Of a DNA stretch of 64,000 nucleotides, positions 38,401 through 48,400 are shown piece by piece. The stretch's first letter is position 1. Each line of letters starts with the position of its first letter. The notes beneath the pieces are model-generated. The model saw only the letters and a program-made list of their open reading frames with translations, had not been told where the DNA came from and did no database searches. The position numbers and the translations under genes were made by a program. This DNA is from a virus, in the IMG/VR virus record IMGVR_UViG_3300046786_000331, positions 81,728 through 145,727 of that record. One strand, 5' to 3'.

Positions 38401-39806
38401 TGAAAGCCGACATGGACTTGGATCAACATAGAATCATTAATGTTGCTGATCCTGTAGGAGCTCAAGATGCTGTAAACTTACAAAGTCTACAAATAGGTAA
38501 TATTGCAGACGTTGGAATAACAAATCCAAGATCCGGTGACTTGTTTACATTTACCGGTGTAGGAAATTATGTACAAAACTCTGCAATGGTTGGAGACATT
38601 AGTCTTAACATTGACAGCACTGCTAACACCGTAGATGCTCAAATTAATCCAGGGGTAATTGTTAACGCAGACATTAATGCCAGTGCAGCAATTGCACAAA
38701 GCAAGTTAAACATGACTGCGGCAACGACTCGTGCAAATGCTACAGGTATTACTCAAGCTGATCGTGGTCTAGCAAGTTTTGACGATAGTCAATTTACTGC
38801 AACCAACGGTTGGATCAGTATTAAAGATAACAGTATTGTGTTATCTAGAATTGAACAGATTGCTTCTAAGACCGTTTTAGGTAACAATACACTAATAGCC
38901 GGCAACGTGGCGGCAGTATCATACAGTACTATTGTAAACGAAGGCGGAGCAATTAAGAAGAGCCAGTACAACACCGGAACTGGTTATCTACGAAGAATTG
39001 GTTTCACAGCAACTAACGATGCTGATTATGCTATCGTTGATGAATCAACTACTGCTACCGCAAGCACTTTAGTTAAGCGTGATAGTAACGGCGACTTTGC
39101 TGCTAGAAATATTTCCATAGAAAAACTAATTGTTGATACTAAGACTGTATTAGATACTACAACTAGTGCAACAGGTGGTTACACACAAGTTTATGGTTAT
39201 CTAGGACAAGTTGGTATTTTAGTTGGTGACGGAAGTGTAGGTACCGATAAGAGAACGTACTACGATAATGACGGACACGTCTTTAGAACACAAAACGGTC
39301 TTTCTAATGCGCCTATTACAGCTTCTAGTGTACAGACTATTGCACTAACTACTGGTGCTACTGGAACACAAGGAAATATCACAGGCGACTGGAGATTAAA
39401 CTCTGGTAGCAAACTACAGGCAACCTATGCCGACTTAGCTGAATATTACGAAGGTGATAAAGACTATCCTGTGGGAACTGTTTTAATATTCGGAGGTGAT
39501 AAAGAAGTTACGTTATCTAACACTAAAGAAGATCATAGAGTAGCAGGAGTTGTTAGTGATAACGCTGCTTATGTTATGAATTCCGAGTGCGGTGGTACTA
39601 AAGTACTAATAGCTCTACAAGGTCGTGTACCAGTTAGGGTAGTGGGTAAAATCCGCAAAGGAGACTTGATAGTAACTTCAAACATCCCAGGTGTTGCTGT
39701 GTCAGTCGGTGGTGTTGCTAGACCAGGAACAATCATCGGCAAGTCACTGGAAGACTTTGATTCAGATCACATTGGCACCATTGAGGTAGCCGTAGGAAGA
39801 ACATAA
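32418..39806 (+). CDS. very large virion structural protein (baseplate/tail-fibre), 2462 aa
   Basis: T4 gp9/gp10-like N-terminus (IGxxGNDGTGDSIRDSFRKVNDNF); three CxRDV repeats; three S-x-A-x-P...HG repeats; C-terminal ADLAEYY...GRVPV chaperone-like domain. Confidence 0.85.
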   Translation: MARKIIDIGVVGNDGTGDSIRDSFRKVNDNFRELYSSLGLGERLTFIGLDDVKADSGSQPYRELGGYLGQENAILSVNPDESGIKFKQLIPGSGINLDFTTNNNEIRISSEFSEVVADPSPQLGGDLSVKSGGVTHRIKDMEEFGIPIKPIFEHEAVNKNYADTKISRAGVDAIDPRTGVSNPAFGTMSGPLVLSRDPQPDDDEKYDGLVAATKRYVDNSAFGSSVNLYVATSGADDRVGVSSALQGRALAYAYRTIEAACKRAEEIMLESRLEIGPYKKVLTYNQGQGECSLDFIDIAPGSGGGFSGTVLMSVDTITVSNVGVNYRPGDIITVAGGTYTQPATYEVLSITAAGGVLTFRQLSSGVYTALPGNTDVLTTTDSDFGGLGGGDAVVKFNITYKVNNVQINSGGSGYGLVSVRIVGGGGQGAFGTADIVGGSVMGITITDQGTGFTSLPNVVVNLPRFLIKTEGYKTDFTGDYSTSTPSAIRGRDIREGLYLRGESSGALAQILAHQGALDSDGNEIFDVDIKYGSFIIGEAISYGDVTKNTQITILVESGIYEENLPLRVPQNVSIVGDEFRRCIIRPKNGVSSSPWAFLNFRRDLTIGQENLDQLVIADRLFGYHYLTDSSTPVYPIVNNKGYYRAAAELLSLNRQFIQKEVIGWINSEIINQNSPFTSSFLYNQELCERDVGLIIDAMVFDLKWGGSNRTISAALKYYGSASGLIAIGTGQLSQTIAGINRIGTLAQLVIRNVPITETYNTTITQIVDNAYVAETGSGGVSFSIGSATNANPVVVTTTSAHGLTNGSQVLISDVSGMEEINGNDFYVSLIDSTSFYLYNDPALSDSVDGTDYGIYTSGGNATNTGGVIGALINVIVDVIDNSGSVNYPKDNDRMDVLLCNDSVRVQSITFQGHGGFAMVLDPEGQILAKSPYAQECASFTKSNGEQRFAGGQYVDGFTGNLKFKILSKDSNTFLRVGELNRMPQLPASFIVEDTVYRINYVRDYTFNTAGSTASFVLDESTPWPFGVFTYDSDICSRDVGLILDGLGYDIVLGTNYHARKAGLSYRQANAAVVISDQLDLTIRAIEYAHDLAYAAISSYPAAQPTVLTSKNAIASIVQNGSTFAPNLLFTLPSGLSANVTNAKILLESNIDFIKDETVGYITSTYPSLTYTVDTCARDVQYIIEALIYDLIYGGNSETRKAGIKYYDAVGSVESLQIPVGQLTETVDGINYANYLAKRVIQNLAPATTYSSTVRTSGTPASGAEVTIVDTLLTNVAAIISGGTGAAAAETLPSLTGYLTTLTNARDELVSSTASIQSGTINFVDENANVFEVLMPGNRSMLSNDYTQINDLGYGIVVNNGGLAECVSMFTYYCHISYYSIGGGQIRSVGGSSSHGNYALVAEGADPLEVPTPVTLYYDLAQGAECYYPSGAFANAVAGLEIYITNYDYVPLESSELEVDHGLGSIYRYPITSVSTAGLPAGVARLGLGSSEGTGVDGLAAVVADGTVLTIRQNAQVVLTGNVVEVAVRPSTGLVLRESSDVYRILQFEAFEDPAGANVFTVSIANPGVITNVGHGLQPGYQIKLSTTGSLPTGLDTLATYYVLSDGWTANSFRIGVNKRGPAIVTTGSQSGVHSYTVEGLARTTMRENYNYVDMSIYPQQPFDATERVCTVSIASPGVVNLSSHGFIAGDVIRFTSTGSLPVGLSTTRHYFVKNVLSPSTFTVTDTATSTSTEVATSGTQSGIHKVGKVLGAAGSTTFAITGLGTSEADRVLNSKFVWKGQEYIVQSYSSELVTGEPYATVTVSPALNDSVVYWTSLPTLKSAVAKDEPGTLTIRISLTRVTSHDLLEIGTGSYADTNYPNEIYGQSVNPLNDANETEERGVGRVFYVTTDQFGNFSVGPYFRVDQGTGTVTFAAAIALSNLDGIGFKRGVPVSEFSTDSAMSDNATDTVPTENATRGYIERRLGITHNGSVVSAGTLIPPISGGFLALDGQLAMKADMDLDQHRIINVADPVGAQDAVNLQSLQIGNIADVGITNPRSGDLFTFTGVGNYVQNSAMVGDISLNIDSTANTVDAQINPGVIVNADINASAAIAQSKLNMTAATTRANATGITQADRGLASFDDSQFTATNGWISIKDNSIVLSRIEQIASKTVLGNNTLIAGNVAAVSYSTIVNEGGAIKKSQYNTGTGYLRRIGFTATNDADYAIVDESTTATASTLVKRDSNGDFAARNISIEKLIVDTKTVLDTTTSATGGYTQVYGYLGQVGILVGDGSVGTDKRTYYDNDGHVFRTQNGLSNAPITASSVQTIALTTGATGTQGNITGDWRLNSGSKLQATYADLAEYYEGDKDYPVGTVLIFGGDKEVTLSNTKEDHRVAGVVSDNAAYVMNSECGGTKVLIALQGRVPVRVVGKIRKGDLIVTSNIPGVAVSVGGVARPGTIIGKSLEDFDSDHIGTIEVAVGRT

Positions 39807-41131
39807 TGGCAATAGAACAAATTAATTCAGGAGCGGCTCCGATAGTTTGGAGTACGGTAGACGAAGCTTTTAGAATCGTCAACCAAAACTTTACTACTCT
39901 AGTAGCTACTATCGGAGATTACGGAGTTACTCCGATTGACTTCAATACATTAAGTACTAACGTATCTCCGGGTACTTCCGGTGCTTACGATCTAGGAGCA
40001 AGTTCGTTTAAGTGGAGAGATTTGTATCTTTCTTCAACTCTACATATTGGCAGTGCTTCGATAACTTCCTCTGGGAGCATTGTTCAATTACCAGCAGGTT
40101 CGACTATTGGTGGATTGCTACTAGACGAAAGTTACTTCAAGACTATTGCAGTTTCCGGACAAGATAGCATTGTAGCCGATACTGGAACTGATACATTAAC
40201 TGTAGCAGGCGGAGCAGGAATTACTGTATCAACTACTGCTACAACTGACACTCTTACAATTACAAACACAGGTGTTACACAATTAATCGGAACTGTTGGA
40301 CAAATCGGCGTAAGCGGAAGTACTGGTAGTATTACATTATCAAACTTAGGTGTTACTAAGGCAACCGCAGGCGCAGGAATTTCAATAAGCAGTAGCACTG
40401 GTGATATTACAATTTCTAATGCAGGTATTATTTCTATTGTCACTGATCCAGGATCAGGCATTAGTTTAGATACAAGTGTTCCAAATACTGTTCGTATTAC
40501 TAATAGTGCTCCAAACATTACACAAAATACTTTTAGAAACATTAACGTAGCCGGACAAGATCCGGTTATCGCTGAAACTGGAACAGATACATTAACATTA
40601 GTTGCAGGCACTGGCATAACATTGACTACAAATGCTGCGGCTGATTCAGTTACTATTTCAAATAATAGTAGTAGTGCATATCAATTAGTGAATGGTGACT
40701 ATACCCTATTATTAGCAGCAGATGGTAGTTTAGAATTAGGCAACGGATTTACTGTTAATCATTCAACTAGTACAGGAGTAAATTGTCCTGTATCTGTGGA
40801 CACTGTTGTTTATACTTCAGTTGATGCCGATGCAAGAACTATTAAATTATTAGCACAATTTGAAGGTCCAGAAGACGGCGGTGATGGTAATTATCACACA
40901 CAGTCATGTGACATAATTGTTGTAAAAAGAACAGGACCGCTAGGAACTGTTTTAGTAGATGCAACAGTCTACGGCGGCATTTATACCAGCACCGGATCGC
41001 TTGTTACGTTTGATGCACAGTGGAATGCTATTTCAGAAAGAATTGAAGTAACTGCTCGACCAGTAAGTTTAACTAATGATGGATGGGTTAAGGTATATGC
41101 TACAGAAGTAAACTTCGGAGGACCGGCATAA
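39806..41131 (+). CDS. tail fibre protein
   Basis: AF..VN.NF N-terminal module; repeated DTLT.(A/V)G.GI motifs; Gly/Thr/Ser-rich. Confidence 0.8.
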   Translation: MAIEQINSGAAPIVWSTVDEAFRIVNQNFTTLVATIGDYGVTPIDFNTLSTNVSPGTSGAYDLGASSFKWRDLYLSSTLHIGSASITSSGSIVQLPAGSTIGGLLLDESYFKTIAVSGQDSIVADTGTDTLTVAGGAGITVSTTATTDTLTITNTGVTQLIGTVGQIGVSGSTGSITLSNLGVTKATAGAGISISSSTGDITISNAGIISIVTDPGSGISLDTSVPNTVRITNSAPNITQNTFRNINVAGQDPVIAETGTDTLTLVAGTGITLTTNAAADSVTISNNSSSAYQLVNGDYTLLLAADGSLELGNGFTVNHSTSTGVNCPVSVDTVVYTSVDADARTIKLLAQFEGPEDGGDGNYHTQSCDIIVVKRTGPLGTVLVDATVYGGIYTSTGSLVTFDAQWNAISERIEVTARPVSLTNDGWVKVYATEVNFGGPA

Positions 41132-42457
41132 ATGACAAAACAAACGATAAACGTAGGCACCTCGGCCAATGACCGTAAAGGTGATAGTCTCCGAACTGCT
41201 TTTCAAAAGGTAAATGCAAATTTTACAGAGTTATACTCTAGTAGTGGATTTACAGGAACAACCGATAGATTAGTTAACAATACTTCAGAAGTAGTATTAA
41301 GTTCTTCTGGAATACTAACCCTTCCGTATAGCAATTATTTAGAAACAATTGATATTAATTTACAAATTGGTTCTCAAGGTGTTGTTACTATTCGCAGTGA
41401 TGCTGCTAGCAATCTTACTACAAAATCTTGGACATTTGATACAGACGGTAGTTTAACTGTACCGAGTCCTGTGTCACCTACAATAACATTAACATTTGAC
41501 GCTGCACATTATGTTGCTACAGATCCTAAACCAACGCTTACATTAACTGGTGCTCCATGGGAACTAATGGGCGAATATGTTTACGCTCCAGACGGCCAGT
41601 CAATGCTAGCACTCAACAATATTTGGCCCACACTAGACAACCCAGGATATGATTCAGGTGATCAATTTACATTCGATGAATCAGTACACGGCAGAGCAGG
41701 CTATACTTTAACTATAACATTAAATGATGTTGTACAAGCAGGTCCTGCAGGATGGACTGCTAATGTAGCAGCAAGTCCAGCACCGGCGTATACTCCTACT
41801 ATTCAATCAAATGGTGCTATCAAGTTAGTTGCTGATGAGGCTAGTTGGTCATTTGGCACAGATGGTACGTTAACAGTTCCCGGACCAATCTTTAGAGATG
41901 GTGGTTTATACATGAATAGTAGCGGGTCTACAACTGCTGCATCGGTTTTTGTAAGCGGTAATTCAGGTGGTGTAATTTTAAGAACCGCAGACAATGCACA
42001 ACAAGTTAGTCACGATTTGATATTTGATGTTACCGGTGGCTTAACTTTGCCATCTGCAGGATTCGTTAGACAAAGACATAGTTTTACTAGAACAACTGTT
42101 GAATCGGCTCCGGCGGCAACGGCAACAGTAATATGGTCAGCAAGTCAAGATTGGATCTCGTCGATTAAGCTAACTATACAAGTAGAAGGAAATGTCACTG
42201 GAGATGCTACAGGATGGCACGTACAGACCTGCGAAGCTACTATTGCTTCGAGAGGCTATGCCGACGGAACCTACGGATACGGAGATCCGGAGATGACAGT
42301 CTATGGAGTAATTCATACTAGCGTATCTCCACTAGCAACTTTTGAAGTACAAAGAAACCCAACGACAAGATTAGTCGAAGTAGTGGCAACAGGTACAGAC
42401 ATTAGTAACAATATTATAGTATCGATTCATTCTGTAGAAATCGGTACAACAGATTAA
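41132..42457 (+). CDS. tail fibre/baseplate-associated protein
   Basis: gp9/10-like N-terminus (INVGTSANDRKGDSLRTAFQKVNANF); WxFxxDGxLxxP repeats. Confidence 0.8.
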   Translation: MTKQTINVGTSANDRKGDSLRTAFQKVNANFTELYSSSGFTGTTDRLVNNTSEVVLSSSGILTLPYSNYLETIDINLQIGSQGVVTIRSDAASNLTTKSWTFDTDGSLTVPSPVSPTITLTFDAAHYVATDPKPTLTLTGAPWELMGEYVYAPDGQSMLALNNIWPTLDNPGYDSGDQFTFDESVHGRAGYTLTITLNDVVQAGPAGWTANVAASPAPAYTPTIQSNGAIKLVADEASWSFGTDGTLTVPGPIFRDGGLYMNSSGSTTAASVFVSGNSGGVILRTADNAQQVSHDLIFDVTGGLTLPSAGFVRQRHSFTRTTVESAPAATATVIWSASQDWISSIKLTIQVEGNVTGDATGWHVQTCEATIASRGYADGTYGYGDPEMTVYGVIHTSVSPLATFEVQRNPTTRLVEVVATGTDISNNIIVSIHSVEIGTTD

Positions 42458-42468
42458 GGAGCAATAAT

Positions 42469-45400
42469 ATGGCAATTAAACCATTCGCAATTCAAGGCGC
42501 TGACCTAACACTAGGCGGTGTTAATTTACAAGCAGGTACAACTGGTGTTGTTATTCCTGGCGTTACACAAGCGACTAACTATCTAGCAGAAGAAGTTAAT
42601 GATACTAATATTGATCAAAGTGTACAATTTGTACAACTTTCTATAGTAATAGACGCTGTAACTTATAATGCGTTATCGACTAGCGCAAGTATAGAAGCCT
42701 ATGCGAGTTATACTGTAGAGGTAGACGATGATTTTTATATTGACAATATCGAAGTAAGTAGCCCAGGTTCGTATACACAACAAGAAAAGACCACCAATGA
42801 AACAACAGATATGTGGGCTTATACTGGTTTAGTTGATCCATTCACAACACCCTTTGACGAGGCTGATTGGCTGCAAGTTCCATTCCGTCCTAAGATGAGA
42901 GCAGGCGAAATTGAAAACGTTGGCGGTGGCGGAAGCGGCATTAATAAAGTTTATTCATACGGCGGTTTATATAAAATTGTAGCAGTCATCCCTGGAGAAA
43001 ACGTTGTTTTCATAGCGGGCGACCAAACAGGCACCCTAAACAACTGCGAGTACATTAACGTTAGTGTTGCTCCTCCACAGGTAGCATTTGCGACACTTGA
43101 CATATCTTATAACAATATTACTGATCAAACTGCTATAACTTTTGATGGAGACCTCACTGTTCAATCGTGGTTTGCCACTCAAGATACTCAAGTTGCTGCC
43201 ATTAATCTAACAAACAATCTAACTGGTTTGTTTGTTTCTGGTGGATACTCAGAGGATGGTACATTTGCCATTAACGCTACAGATAGAATTTACTCTCCTA
43301 ATAATCCGAGTTCGTTTATAGTAAATGACGATTTCACAGTTACATTCCCAGATGGTACTGTACAAACTACAGCCTACACTGGTTATGCCAGACGTTCATT
43401 CTTGTTACATGAGTATGCCGATCCAGCTGGATTTACAATCCCATCTACAATCACAATTGATGGTATGGACTATGCGGGCGGCGAGGTTCAACAGGATAAC
43501 GTATTTGGCACAAGCAGTAGCCGTGTTACCCTATACGCAGACAGTATGTTTGCTATAATTGCTCTAAACACTGACATCAACGCAGTCTATTACAATGGTG
43601 AATTTGGTTCAGATGGTGATGGACAAAAATCAGTTAGTTCAGGTTTAGAAAACTATCGTGATGGTTATTATTCTTGGTACAATAAACTTTCAGGGGATGA
43701 TCCTGCTGTAACACAGATTGTTATTGCCAAGAACCCTACTAACCCCGGTGGTGTTAATTACTATAATAGAAGCACAGATACTAACAACGATGACTTTACA
43801 GTAACAGGCTTAGACGGTGCTACAACTGTTATTGTGTTCAATGTCTACTGGGACGCTGTCAACGGACCAGGTTATGAAAGTTCTATTGAAATAGCCACTA
43901 AGGCCATTATTGATGGAGCAATTTACGACGACAGTCCAACAGAACTAACTGATCTGGCTGCTATAAAGGCAGCGTTCTATGCTAGATCCACCGATAGAAA
44001 AAATGCTATCGAAGGTTGGGAAGGCGACTTATTATTCGCCAATGGATTTGATTTCTTTGGCGACACCTATCAAGCAGTTAAGCCAACAGGTGGAAGCGGC
44101 ACAGGTGCTGTGCTAGAATTACAGGTATATCCAGACGGTAGTGATTTTGTATATGATGAGCAGGATGTGATTTTACCTGGCTCGGGATATCAAATAGGAG
44201 ATACACTAACTGTTCCAGGATCGGAGTTTGGCGGTACAAGTCCTGCTAATGATGTAACTATCACTGTAGATACTGTCAGTTTTCCAAGCGGCGGCATTGT
44301 AGATTATACTGTTAATGGAACAGCACCTAGTCAAGTATGGCCGCAGTCATACATTCGTGACGGTGACAACGATCAATACGACATTGGCAACTTCATTGGT
44401 ACAGACCGTACTCGTGTAACTGCTGTCGGTACTTTAACATATACTCCAGAAGGCGGCAGCGAGAGTGGCAACGATGTATTCCAAGTATTGAATATTATCA
44501 GTGCTGACAAGGCTATTCGCCCAGGACAGTGGGCATGGTTTGAAAACGCAGGCCGTGGGGCATTTATCAACTGGGCATTGAGCTACGGTGATAATAACGA
44601 AGCCAGTTACCTAGATGAATACACTGGTTATACCAGCACAGCGGCACTAAACTACGACTATCAAGTAGACGTAGACAACGCACACTTAAACATAAACGGA
44701 GCAGGCGATTGGTTTATTGGCAGTGAGAACTTTAACACTAGCATACAAGGTATTGACGAGATAGCCCCAGAGCCTCGAGATATAGAAGTCAGAGCCGATG
44801 GTAAAACTTGGTTATTTGGACGTGATGGTAGCATATACTTGCCGCAGAATGGTGATATCAAAGACAGCTATGGCAATTCAGTGCTAGGTATTGGTAACAG
44901 CGGTATTCCACTACCAGATTGGTTAAATGTAGTAGCAGGCACAGAGCACTTGCCAACACTTAATGTTGACTACGGTTGGGACAAAGACGGCGTATGGACT
45001 CGTAACTTTACTATTACTGGTAACGACGAGGGAATATCATATCCATTCCGTACTACTGATTCTGCTCTAGCGAATCAGACAACCATAGTCACAGTTGAAT
45101 TTGATGTATCCGCAGATTTCCAAACAGACTTTGGTATCGGTGTATTTGCCGCTTCTACTACAAATCCAGTATGGGGTTGGGACTTGACTGAGGGTAACCC
45201 AACTGCCAATAGAATTGGAGCACAGTACAACGGACCTGTTCCCGAACTACATGGTATCAGCAGTGGTGCTACTGCCGACGTTCCTAATCCAAGTAACTGG
45301 AGTATTCCAAGTGCTGGCACATACGTGGCAAGACTAACAGTACAACCTACTGAACCAGGTATAGCGACTATTACACTGGAAACACTAGACACTGATGGTA

Positions 45401-48400
45401 ATGTATTAAACACTATCACTTACACCGAAGAATCGTTCTTTACTACTCCTTATAAGATTGGATTTGCCAGCGACAACGACGGTGGTATTGTCAAAGGATA
45501 CTTTAGAAATCTATCAGTTGACATTGACGGCGGAACATTCCATCAAGACGCACTGGTTAACTACACTTCAGTACCAACTACTAATGCTGACATAATTGGC
45601 GACAGCGGAGTAAGCACTAATGGTTCTAAAGTTACAATTTACACTGATGTCTACGGATATCAAGGTGGCGAAGAAACTAGAGTACGTGTCAAAGATCCTG
45701 CCAGTGAAATATTAAACACTTACTATGACGATGAAGGCCCATTTGGTACAGGCACTATCACATTCCGTAACGGTGAAGTAAGAATTATTACTAATGCCTA
45801 CAATGACGGGCAACAAGATGGCGTTGATATGACAGTAATTGATTGGTCTGGTAGTGTACCCGGCGGCTCTGACAATCCACGCTTCCCTGTTACATTCAAG
45901 ACTGCTAACTATGTTGAAGAAGTTAGAGATTCAGTACGCATCAAACCAAGTGAAGGTGCGGCACAGTATCAAGATCAGTACATGAAAGTCTACGCAGGCG
46001 GCGGTGTTGCTCCTGCTATAGATAGCCTACACATCCACATGGCCGGTGCTCAAGAAAATGTAGAACTGTTCCTAGGCACAGACAACAACTATGTGTCTGC
46101 TAAAGAAGCAGGTACTACACCAGCAGGTGTACGTCTACACAGTGATAACGATGTTGAAGTAGTCAACAGCAATCTACGTATTAATCGCAAGGGCAGTAAC
46201 TGGGTTCACATTTATGGTGATGGCGATAACCGCAACATACACGGTCAAACCTACGATGTAAGTTGGTCCACAATGGCTGCTGATGAACACGGTGATTTGT
46301 ATGTGGGTGGTGAAGCCAACAGTTATGCTGAGGCTATCGTCAGCAAGATTGGACGTGATGGTAACCTAATCTGGAGCAAGTACAACAACGGAGACAACGT
46401 TGAAGGCTGGCAACTTGATGGTATTGCCTATCATGATGGGCAAGTGGCTACCCTGGTACAGACTAACAGCGGACGTGGACAAAATTACTATAAACTGTCA
46501 GTTATGGACAGCAATAATGGTGACGTAATATCTACCACTGACATCTATGATGATGAAGGCGATCTAAATGCTAGTAGCATGATATATCACAGCACACTGG
46601 GTTGGACCATTGTTGGACAAACCTACGGTGAGTTTGGTACAACAACAAGTATGGCAGACACCAACAATCCTAAGGACTACACTGATTGGATTCGTTTACC
46701 TGGTGACAGCACTATCATTGATGGACAGTATCCTTCAAACTATAACAATTGGGCCATAACAGGTACAGGTATCACTGGCACACAGCAACTAAACGGTGGT
46801 GTTGGTTTCTACAGAAACTGCCAAGTTCTCAACGTTACAGGATCAGGTGAAAATGCCACAGTAAATGTTGTTGCTGACTATAACAGCAACATTTATTATA
46901 TTGATCAGATTACCAGCGGCGGTATTAACTATGCCACAGGTGACACTCTTAAAGTATCGGGTGCTGTATTTGGCGGCGTTCCAGGAGCCACAGCACAGGT
47001 AGCCACTCCAACTGCTATTGCTCTTAACGGCAGTAATCTAGTTGAGATGACATTTACCAAGGCAGGCTATCCAAACTTATACAATCAACTCAAGTGGGCT
47101 GGTTGGACCGCAGAGTACAACACTAATATTTACAACGTGGTTAACATTGTAAGCAGTGGATCAAACTGGATTGTTGCTATTGATAGTACAGATACTAACA
47201 GCGGTACACCGCCTGAGGTAACATTCTACACAGTCAGCGGTAATGATTTCTTGTTTACCTGTGGCAGTGATGGCGGCCTTGTCAGTACCTCCGGCCCTAC
47301 CGGAACAGTCAGCAAGGCATACATTGACATTAACCTAACTCAGTTGGGCTATAATGGGCAAGACCTAAGAGCCAGTGTAACAAAAACTTCTGGTACAGAC
47401 TTTACTCCTGGTGATTATAGAATTTATGGTGACGGTGTAACTTCATACTTTGTTCTAGCAGACGACAGTATTGACCCAACAGGCGTTAAAACTTGGTTTA
47501 GAAATGCTGACACAATTACCGTAACAGAACCAACATACGGCACATCTGAAGTTAACTTAGTCAGTCAGTATGTTCCTGTTCCAGGAACATCTTACAGTGG
47601 TTGGACTCTAAGTGCTAACATTGGTGGCGGTGATCCGTTTGATTCTAACATTACATCAGTGGTATACAAAGGTGCTCCGGGTACATTTACTGTTACAAGA
47701 CAGAGAAATGCTCGTGCTTGGGTCTGGACAAGTGAATGGACACGCTACTTAGGAGTTGTAATCGACGCCAATGACGCTTATCCAAACAGTCGCGGACGTT
47801 GTATCGCAGAAGATCCTAACGATCAAAGTCTAGTAGTTGGTGGTTATATGAATTCACCTAACGGTACAGGCAATGCTTTAGTTTGGAAACTGTCTAAGAC
47901 TGGTACCACTCTGTGGGCCAAGACCATTGACGATGATGGTAACTATGTACGAGGCATAGCCGTTAGCCCATTGACCAGTGAGATTTATGTAGCATCCAAC
48001 GCAACCGCTATTACTAAGATAGCCAGTGGTGGCGGCTCAATCGCTGGTCGTGTATATCCAACAGGCATGTGGGGTGTCAGCGAGCCTGAAGTACATGTAA
48101 AGGTAGAAGATGACGGCTATGAATATGTTTATGTAGGTGCCAGAGGTAATGCTATATGGACCAACAGTCAAGACGTATTCTGCTTGAACAAACTAACTAG
48201 TGACTTACAAACAGTATGGGGAAGATGGTTAGGCTATTCAAATGACAGTTTTAGCACAGACTACGACATAGATCATACCAAGTTTGTCATAGCCAACGGA
48301 CAGGCAAGTATAGCAGGCTACGGTTATATATACAGTGACAATAACACAAATGGTTTAATCTATACACTGAGCACACAGGATCAGTTTGATAGTTACTACA

